From NCBI GenBank assembly GCA_000388065.2, contig KB932201.1: a DNA stretch of 18,185 bases. The stretch is one strand, 5' to 3'. The DNA comes from Fonticula alba ATCC 38817. Lineage: Eukaryota > Protista > Nucleariida. Position numbers and translations under genes: made by a program. The notes below the pieces were generated by a model. It ran no database searches, had not been told where the DNA came from, and saw only the letters and a list, made by a program, of their open reading frames with translations. Positions 1-8,192 of this stretch are shown piece after piece (within the stretch, counting starts at the first letter, position 1; every line of letters begins with the position of its first letter).

Positions 1-66
1 CCCCCCCCCCCCTCTCTTTCTCTCTTTTTCTTTGCCTCCCTCATTTTCTATCTCCCACTGGAGCAG

Positions 67-400
67 GCAGGGCCAAAGGGCAGGCGGAGAAGGGAAGGGC
101 CCGACTGAGCCCCCAACGGCCGGCCCAGTCATCGGTCTGGCCGAGGGAACGCCGTGGCTTGGGCCCCTGCTCCTCACCTCCGCCGCCCCAGGCCAGGGAG
201 GCCCCCCTTCTGCCTTGGAAGCTCGGGCACTCCAGCATCCCGGCCTGCTAGTGACGGAAGGCTCGGCTCTGCCACAGTGGGCCGAGCTGTGTCTCTGGAC
301 CTCCCCCCCGTCCCCGGGCGAAGGCCACCCCGTCAGCGTAGGTGGACGCGGCGGAAAGGGGCGCGGAGAGAGAGAAGACACGGCGCTCGAGCCACCCTAC
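67..400 (+). CDS. Probable internal coding exon of an unidentified gene entering from the left of the window (hypothetical Pro/Gly/Ala-rich protein)
   Basis: Polypyrimidine tract at 1-57 followed by CAG acceptors ending at 66 or 70. The frame of ORF 32..631 is open (…EGTPWLGPLLLTSAAP…ALEPPY) and ends exactly at a phase-0 GTAAGT donor at 401. No family recognised. Confidence 0.5.
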
Positions 401-642
401 GTAAGTGTGCGTCGCACACACATAAGGCCCCCCCCCCCCCCGGCCCGACTGGCCGGCCCGGGCACCGGCTCCCGGCGCTTTGCCCCTTCTGCTCTCCCGA
501 GTCCGCCGGCCTCCGGGGAGGACGGCAACCCGAGACACCGCGAAGGGGCCCGTTCTGGTCCCCCGCCCCTTGGGGGGGGGGGGGGGAGAAGACGGTCGAG
601 TATCATCACCTCCGCAACTATTTTAAAATAACTGGGCACGAG

Positions 643-918
643 GCGGGCGCGGCCGGGAGTGCGCGCCCCCCAGACAGACCGAAGAGAGTGGCGTCCTTGA
701 AGGTGACTCCAGCCCCTTTCACTCTCCCCTTCGCCCCTCCCCCCAAAAGGAGGGGCGATGGCGAGAAGACATCTCTCGCGGCACGCCGGGCCGCGCAGTA
801 TTTTGAATATGCGCGCCGATTGAGCCGCACCTCCACCAGGCCCCCTTTCGGGCCGCGAGGAGGGGCCCGCGCTGCAAGGTTGACGGATGACACACACACG
901 AGCCGAAGAGGCGGATAA
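643..918 (+). CDS. Possible terminal exon of the same left-edge gene (AGAAGSARPPDRPKR…LAARRAAQYFEYARRLSR…GG*)
   Basis: A TAAC branch-like motif and an AG ending at 642 give a phase-0 join with the 401 donor. Stop TAA at 916-918 and ATTAAA at 1171-1176. The acceptor is weak and other choices are possible. Confidence 0.25.
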   Translation, partial: AGAAGSARPPDRPKRVASLKVTPAPFTLPFAPPPKRRGDGEKTSLAARRAAQYFEYARRLSRTSTRPPFGPRGGARAARLTDDTHTSRRGG

Positions 919-1170
919 ACATACTGGCACGAGGGAGAGGCTGATCATGTGCATCAGCGTGGCATGTTCTGGAGTGCCGACTTAATTCAGTTGGCTCGAC
1001 GGAATGTATTTTGGCTATGGCCGTTCTTTTTCAGGGAGGAAAGCCCGGGCGCGGGCACTCCCCCCGGGAGGCGATATCCAGGGGTGAGGGGGAAATTGGC
1101 CGTCCGGGTGGCTGGGCGTCCGCGATCGGTGCGGACGCCCGACTATCGGGTCTCCTGGTGGTGTGAAGCG

Positions 1171-1176
1171 ATTAAA
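1171..1176 (+). terminator. ATTAAA variant polyadenylation signal (candidate)
   Basis: Hexamer about 250 nt downstream of the putative stop at 918, in otherwise GC-rich sequence. Confidence 0.2.
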
Positions 1177-1358
1177 GCCGTCCGGGCCCGGAGGCGGGAA
1201 AGAAGCGCGGGTCCGTCAGACTGGCTGCCGAGCGGGGAGACGCCCCGACGACTGCTCGGTCGCGAGGCCGGGGGCGGTCCAAGCCAGAGGCGCGTCTGGT
1301 TGCCTGTTTGCCCTCGGGGCGCCTGTTGCCGTGGTTGGAAAAAGCTGGCCACATTAAT

Positions 1359-1440
1359 CGCTGGGTGTGGGTGAGTGATGCCCCCCCCCCCCCCNNNNNN
1401 NNNNCGCTGGGTGTGGGTGAGTGATGCCCCCCCCCCCCCC
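1359..1440. repeat. Direct duplication CGCTGGGTGTGGGTGAGTGATG+poly-C flanking a 10-N gap (contig-overlap artefact)
   Basis: 1359-1394 is repeated from 1405 onward, either side of N at 1395-1404. Confidence 0.85.
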
Positions 1441-1687
1441 CAGCTGGATCCTCGAACCCCCTGCCCGGGAGGGGGCGGGGCCCAGCGGCGGGACAAGCAC
1501 CGAAGATGAAAGGCATTCCACAAATGTCGGGCACGGGCCGACAACCGGAGAGCAGGGCGTTATTGGGGGAACAGAGGCAAACCGAGCGGCCGGGGGGGGG
1601 GGGGCACAAAGAATGGACAGTCCCCCAGCCACCTGGAGCACGGGCCGAGCGGCAGGCACGCTCATGAGCGGTGCAGGCTTGGTGGAC

Positions 1688-1689
<2 letters not shown>

Positions 1690-1771
<82 letters not shown>
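1690..1771. repeat. Poly-G homopolymer (82 nt)
   Basis: Read directly from the sequence. Confidence 0.9.
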
Positions 1772-3009
1772 CGGCACGGCGCGGCGCAGCTCACCCTCGT
1801 AGTCAGGGAGACGCGCGGGTCCTTCATTTACGCTGTGCGTTACTGCTCAGGGCCCCCGCATGCGGGGAGAGTCTGGCCGGCTTGCGCGAACGCGCGCGCG
1901 CGCTTGTCAGCGCCGACGAGTGGACAACGAACTCGCCCCCCCCCCCCCCCCCCCACGCACATCGGGGTAAGAGACGGGCCTTGTCGCGGCTTTTGAGCCG
2001 GGTGCGGGGCGCACAAGCAGCCATCCCGGCGAATACCAACGCATTCCGGCCAGCCCGGCGCCTGCCAATGAACTCCCCATCCGAAAGAAGCGGCCACGTC
2101 TTTGGCTCGGGAAAGCCGGAGGCTGTGGCCCTGCCGGCCGGGGGACTGAACTCGACGGCGGTCAGATTTGCATGCGAGCAAGGTGGGCGGGGCGGCAGTG
2201 GCGGGGGTGGCGAGGGGGCTGCGCGGGCGGATGCGCAGGCGCCGCGGAGACAGAAGGAGACTAGTTTCAGGTGGGCCCACCGCAGGAATGCCAGGTGCGC
2301 GCATTCCCCCCCCCCCTCGAGGGCCAGGACGGCTGGAGGCCCTTCCGGCGGCCCGGACGGGCTCGCCAGCGCGACTCTCTTCGGACATTAATTCCCCCCT
2401 TCCACCCTTGCGGCTGTTCCGGGAGGGGGGGGGGGCCGGCATCTCGCCGATCGCCAGCTCGTTCCTGCCGGACCCTCTGGCCAAGGCTGGCGCACCGCGG
2501 CGCACGTTTTTATTTCCCCCGGCTCCTTTTCGGCCGCGGCCCTCTGCACCCTCTTGGCAGCGACGGTAAAAGCGCATGCGTGTCACCCCGCGGCGACGCT
2601 TCACCCTTGCTGCGGGGGACGGGGGGGGCCAACTCGTGGGCGCCCAGACCCCTGGGGCGCGCGTGTGTGCGCGCCGACACACGCGGTGCGCATTCCATCC
2701 GCACTTCGCCCCCCTCTCCCCCTCGCCTTGAACTCCCCCCGGGGCTGGCGCTTTGATGAGGTGACGGCCGCGCGTGCGTGCGTGCGTGCGTGAGGACGTG
2801 CGCGCGCCCCAGCGCGCACGAGAGGACGCGATATTTGGACCGGCACTCGGGCGCATGTGTCTGCACAGGCCGGGCGGCTGGCCGGGGGGGGGGGGGGGGG
2901 GGGGGGGGTAGATCTCGGGGGTCTGCGGGGGGGCCGGGCCGCACCCTCCCGGGGGTCGTGCGCGCCCATTAGCCCCCTGCTGCCTGCGCGAAGGCGCGCA
3001 GGCGTGTGT

Positions 3010-3062
<53 letters not shown>
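3010..3062. repeat. Poly-G homopolymer (53 nt)
   Basis: Read directly from the sequence. Confidence 0.9.
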
Positions 3063-3063
<1 letters not shown>

Positions 3064-3659
3064 GGGAGGCGGGAAGTAGGGCACATCGCCCGAGGGAGCA
3101 GGCGCATCCCGGACGAGCGGACAGGAGGCGCGCGGGCCCCGGGGTGACCGGGGTGCATTTTTTTCATGGTGGGAAACTCCGAGGGGCCGAGACCCCCGGG
3201 ACGGGGAACGGGCCTCCGGGCGACCATGTCGATTTTCTCCCTGTCCCCCCGCCCCGCCCGCCCCCCTCGCCCCTCGCCTGGCCGGGGACGGCGCACGGGA
3301 CGGCCGGGCCGAGGGCGAGGAGAAATGGCCAGCCCGAGTTGGGCCACGCACGCGTGCCCGGCATGGGACACGGGCCCCTCCAGGGGGGATTAATAAAGCG
3401 CCCGCGTTGCAGAGCGCTGGAATGTGTGGGCCGGCGCCTGGCCGGCCAAGACGAGGCCCCGCTCTCGGGCTCTCCCTCCCCCGCGCCCAGGCGCCCCGGT
3501 GTGTATGTGTGTGTGTGTCCCCCTCTCCTCCGCGCCGGGGGCGCCGGCTCCGGGTGTGTGTTTCCGCGCGCGCCCCCTGCCCCTCCTCGTCTTGGGGGGC
3601 ACATTTCCGGGGTAGGCAGGGCGCCTCGCACTTTCGGCCTTTATCATCCTTGCTTCGAG

Positions 3660-3720
3660 GTGTGCGTGTGTGTGTGTGTGTGTGTCCGAGTGTGTGCCCG
3701 AGTGTGTGTCCGAGTGGGGT
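3660..3720. repeat. (GT)n tract followed by three copies of a 12-bp unit YCCGAGTGTGTG (third copy degenerate)
   Basis: Alternating tract at 3660-3685; units start at 3685, 3697 and 3709. Confidence 0.85.
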
Positions 3721-3833
3721 GTGTCCACCGTACAGGGGCAGGAAGGGGCCCCAAGAACCCGGCTGCAGGGTTTGCTGGCCGGCCCCGGGTCAAGGGCAAT
3801 GTGTCAGGAAACGGCCTCCGCACAACATACACT

Positions 3834-3856
3834 CCCCCCCCCCCCGGGGGGGGGGG
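3834..3856. repeat. C12-G11 abutting homopolymer palindrome
   Basis: C at 3834-3845, G at 3846-3856. Confidence 0.85.
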
Positions 3857-4872
3857 ATGGGGGCACACGGAGGCCGCAGGGGCGAGACAGAGATGCGGGA
3901 CATGGGAGATCCCCAAGGGGGGAGGAAGACGAGACACCCGCCGTGCGCCGGGCCCCGGCCGGGAGGTAACTCCGCCGATGTCTGGGCGCGCGGGGATCGT
4001 GCGCGCGCGGCAGGCGGAGGACCACCCACAAAGGGACGCGCCCTTCCCAGTGACCGGGAGGTGCCCCAGCCGCGGGGGCTTGCCCCTGCTCTCTCCCTCT
4101 TTCGCGACGCGTGGGACCAACGGGGCGCGGGCCTGCAACCGGGCGGGGGGGGGGGGATACCTGGGGCCAGCCGCCGACTGCCCCCCCGGCCTCGCCGCAC
4201 CCGCGGGGACGTCTTCCACAAGGACGATCAACAAAAAGGCGGAGCCACGGACAGGGAGGGGCGCGAGGCGGCCTAATGAAATTACCCCTTTACTGGCTGG
4301 CAGATTGCAGCCCTGAACCCTCCTCGCCGGCCGGCCGGGGGGGGGGGAGGGGGGCAGTTGCGGCCCCGGGGAAAAGGCATCCCCTCGACGTGGGGGCGGG
4401 GGGGGCGGCCTGCCCCGGTGCCTTTGCCACACCCGCCGTTGCCTCTCTGGATGATGTGCGGGCCGGCACCGGCCGGGGGGCCGTGTTGCCATTGGGGGCA
4501 GGCCCGGCCAGACAGGGGGGATTCCGTCCTCCGGACGGCCGGATCCCCGCGCCACACGCATCGGCGAACCTCGGCCGCCGTGAAGGCCTCCCCCGGCCAC
4601 GACGGCGGCGGCGCGCGGCCCCCAGCCGTTGGGGCTCCCCGGGGGGCGGGGCGGGGAAGGGGGGAAGGCGACTGTATGGCGGTTTTTCCGCCAGTCGGCA
4701 GCGCCGGGCACCGCGAGGCGCATTCCGCTGAGGGTGGCCGCCACGCGCGTGCGAGCGCGATTTTGCCGGCCAGCCGGGCACGCGCCCACGCACATTGGCG
4801 CCCATCCGGGGCGTTTTCCCGGCCGGGCTTGAGGCCCCCCCCCCCCGCCCCCACCGGTAAGCGGGTGTGTGA

Positions 4873-4912
4873 GTGCGTGTGCGTGTGCGCGTGCGCGTGC
4901 GTGTGTATGCAC
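4873..4912. repeat. 40-nt perfectly alternating purine-pyrimidine tract (GT/GC mix)
   Basis: GTGCGTGTGCGTGTGCGCGTGCGCGTGCGTGTGTATGCAC. Confidence 0.85.
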
Positions 4913-5833
4913 CCCGGACGAGATAGACGATGGGGTATGGGCGAGAGAAGAGCCAGGGCGTGCGGGGGGCCTCTCGGGACCGGATGCTGCTCCCGTCTCC
5001 CCCCCCCCCGGGCCAGGAGGTCGCGGTCACTGCCCCGCCCTCGGGCGGCGCATCGGAGCCGGTGTTCGTCGCGACGTCGCAAGGCTGGCCTCCGGGCCGA
5101 CTTTGCCGCAGACGAGACCACCCGCGAACAGGCACATGTGTCTGTGCGTGTGTGTGCCTCTCTCTCTCGGCGGCTCCCGGTCTCCGCGCGTGCGTGTAGA
5201 CACCCGGATTGCGAGGGCCCCATCTCCGGGTCTCGCGGTGGGCCCGGGTCGGCCCGGCCCTGACAGTTGTGCTCGTACGAGGCCCCCCGCCCGACTGGCG
5301 GACCGGCCGCGGCGGGGGGCGCGGTCGCGGCCCGGCTCGGGCCGCATGCTGTCCGTGTGTGTGGGGGTGTGTGTGTGTGTGGTGGCTCTTGCCCGCGAGA
5401 ACTGGCCGCCCGGCATCGGGCCGGGCCTCAATGAAGGATCAGGTTGCTACAGGGGCGGGAGGGGGCCGGGGTAGCTGGCAGGACCCGGGCCCCGGCGGCA
5501 CCCGCGTCTCCCTGTGTCCGCTTGTCGCACACGAACGGCCGAACACAGACACACTGGTGCCCTCGTTTCTTTTGGTCCCCCTCCCGTGCGGCATGTTTTC
5601 CTCCCGCCACTTTGCCAACATGCGCACCGGCGGGGGGGGGGACATGTTGGCCGCCAACAGGCCCCGGTGGTCGCGCTCCTACCTACGGCCCGCTCTTGCC
5701 GTTCGCTCGTCTGCTGGGGCCACCCCGCCGCGCCGGGACACAAATTGTGGATGCGCCCCCCGCCCCCCTCCCCCTGAAACTTGTGCGTGTGGATGCGGGT
5801 CCCCCTCCCCCCCCTCCCACCGCACCCCGCCCC

Positions 5834-5834
<1 letters not shown>

Positions 5835-5892
<58 letters not shown>

Positions 5893-5977
5893 CGCCCTAC
5901 CCCCCCCCCCCCCCCCCCGCCCCCCGGGGTTGGCGCCCCCCCCCCCCCCCCCCCCCCCCGGGGGGGGGGGGGGGGGG
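5835..5977. repeat. Homopolymer cluster: C57, C19, then C24 abutting G18
   Basis: C at 5835-5891, 5900-5918 and 5936-5959; G at 5960-5977. Confidence 0.9.
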
Positions 5978-6661
5978 AGCGGAAAAGGGGCCAGACGTTC
6001 GCGTCTGCGCTTCCCGTGTATCACCGACCCGCACCGGAGGGAGGGAAGGGGGGGGGGGGCGGGGCGCTTGCTTGCCCAGCCTGCTTCGGGCAATGGCGGG
6101 GTGTTGGGCAGGATGCGTGCGGCCTTGATCAACCGGGCGGAAGACCGAAGGGGGTGGTGGGGAGGGGGGGGAGCGGCAGCCCCCGAGCGGGGCCCTGAGT
6201 GCGCGCGTGCGCACCGGCGACACGGGCGTGTGAGTCTGGGGCTCCAGAGACACCGAGCGCCGGGAGATCCCACAGCCCTGTGCCTCGCCGTGCGGCTTGC
6301 CTTGGCGGGGCGGGGGGGGGGGGGACCATCCACGGCCGTTTGTCCTCACCCGGTCGCTGCTCCGCGTCCCGCGCTTCCGACGGGGCCAGGGTGCAGCCGC
6401 CCCGTAACACATATCCCACTGCCCCTTGTGTCCCCACATTCACGATCTCCCCCCCCCCCCTTAAGGGAGCCGGAGGGGGGCCGATCCGTCCCGCACGGTC
6501 GTGGCCTGGCGCGAGGGGCAGCGCGAGCTGGCTCGCCTTGCCCGCAGGCCCGTGTGAGAAGCTATTCCCGCTGCCCGGGCCCGCAGGGACGCATGCTCCC
6601 CCGGCGGGGGGGGGGGGGAGTGCCTGTGGCCGAGCATCGGCACACGATCATGCCTGCGCAA

Positions 6662-6710
6662 GCGCGCGCGCGCGCCCCACACACACACGCACACACACAT
6701 GCACGCACGT
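6662..6710. repeat. (GC)7 plus a 33-nt (CA)-based alternating tract
   Basis: 6662-6675 and 6678-6710. Confidence 0.85.
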
Positions 6711-7009
6711 CGGGCCGTCAAAAACACCCCGGCGCATGCTGGGGGGGCAGGCCGGAGAAAGCGCCCGGAGGGCCTCCGGCCTAATTGCTCCCGGACGCAT
6801 GCCGGGCAGATCAAGGGGTCGCCCCCGCCCCCCCCCCTCCGGGCCCCGTACACCTCAGCACCCGGGCCCGGGCCGAGCAAGGCCCCAAGGCGAGCTAGTC
6901 ATTCCGGCGCCCGGTCGCCGGCTTCGCGCTCGCGCACACCGCCGCCTGCTTCCCGGCGCGCACCGTTGCTTGTCTGTCTCTCTCTCTCTCTCTCTCTCGC
7001 TCTCTCCAG

Positions 7010-7250
7010 GGTGCTACCGCTCGAGGCCAGGGGCGGGGCAGGGCGGGGCGGGGGGCCGGGGGGGAACGTGCGCCCCCGGGCTTGCACCGCACACGGCCAG
7101 AGGCAACCCCACGCCGCGCGAGCGTGCCAACCACAACGTGAGGCCAAGCGCAGGGGGAAAGAGCCCAAAAAGGCGGGCAGCCGCCGAGGTGGACGGCCCA
7201 GGGGGAATCAGGGGGGCCAGTCGGGTACCGGCCCCCCGCTCGGGCGCTCC
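7010..7250 (+). other. Orphan candidate exon after a strong (CT)n-CAG acceptor; runs into the 460-N gap
   Basis: (TC)n at ~6977-7006 and CAG ending at 7009. One frame reads …QPQREAKRRGKEPKKAGSRRGGRPRGNQGGQSG…. The donor is not visible. Confidence 0.3.
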
Positions 7251-8192
7251 NNNNNNNNNNNNNNNNNNNNNNNNNNNNNNNNNNNNNNNNNNNNNNNNNN
7301 NNNNNNNNNNNNNNNNNNNNNNNNNNNNNNNNNNNNNNNNNNNNNNNNNNNNNNNNNNNNNNNNNNNNNNNNNNNNNNNNNNNNNNNNNNNNNNNNNNNN
7401 NNNNNNNNNNNNNNNNNNNNNNNNNNNNNNNNNNNNNNNNNNNNNNNNNNNNNNNNNNNNNNNNNNNNNNNNNNNNNNNNNNNNNNNNNNNNNNNNNNNN
7501 NNNNNNNNNNNNNNNNNNNNNNNNNNNNNNNNNNNNNNNNNNNNNNNNNNNNNNNNNNNNNNNNNNNNNNNNNNNNNNNNNNNNNNNNNNNNNNNNNNNN
7601 NNNNNNNNNNNNNNNNNNNNNNNNNNNNNNNNNNNNNNNNNNNNNNNNNNNNNNNNNNNNNNNNNNNNNNNNNNNNNNNNNNNNNNNNNNNNNNNNNNNN
7701 NNNNNNNNNNCCCCGGCTCTCTGCGTTTCCCCCGCCGTGCATCTTGTGCGTCCGCCACGCTCGCGCCTCCCTGCCTGGGCCCGGTCGCCTCCCCCCTCCT
7801 CCCTCCCTCTCGAAGCACACGCGTGCGCCGGCCGTCTCACCGCCAGCCAGACTCACCCTCCCTGCCTGGGTCTCCTTCGTGTGCGCGTGCGCGGTCGGCC
7901 AGCAGACAACCGCCCCGACATCCACCCCAACCTTGCTTCTTTTCTCCCCTCGGACCCTGCTCGGTGTGTCCCACGTACCTCCGCCCTCCCGCTCTCTCCG
8001 GCCCCGGCGGCTTTGATGCCGATGTGGTCCCTGTTTCCTCCCCACCCCATGCCGCCCCCTCCTCACCGGCTGTCTTTCCTCCGCCCTCCCCCCCCCCTCT
8101 CCTCCCCCCTCTCTCTCTCCCTCGTCCTTTCTCCCTGCCCCACTCCCCGCGCATTCCAGAGCCCCCCCTTTCCCCGGACCGCGCTCGGCGTC

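Noticed and set aside
949-1374. 141-aa ORF with an aromatic stretch (FWLWPFFF)
   Set aside because: It lies in the probable 3' UTR of the left-edge gene and has no splice or homology support.
5614-5651. 9-bp stem hairpin (GCCAACATG/CATGTTGGC), and a 14-bp palindrome at 1854-1867
   Set aside because: Short inverted repeats like these are expected by chance in 18 kb of GC-rich sequence. No ncRNA boxes accompany them.
1143-6784. Many long ORFs rich in poly-Pro or poly-Gly (for example 1840..3351, 3006..4316, 5444..6784)
   Set aside because: They are translations of C/G homopolymers and GT/CA repeats in stop-poor GC-rich DNA. They overlap in all six frames and show no domain or splice support.
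3350-7824. ACGCGT (MCB-like) sites at 3350, 4107 and 7819, and an ATTTGCAT octamer near 2166
   Set aside because: They are scattered and unclustered, and expected by chance in CG-repeat-rich DNA.
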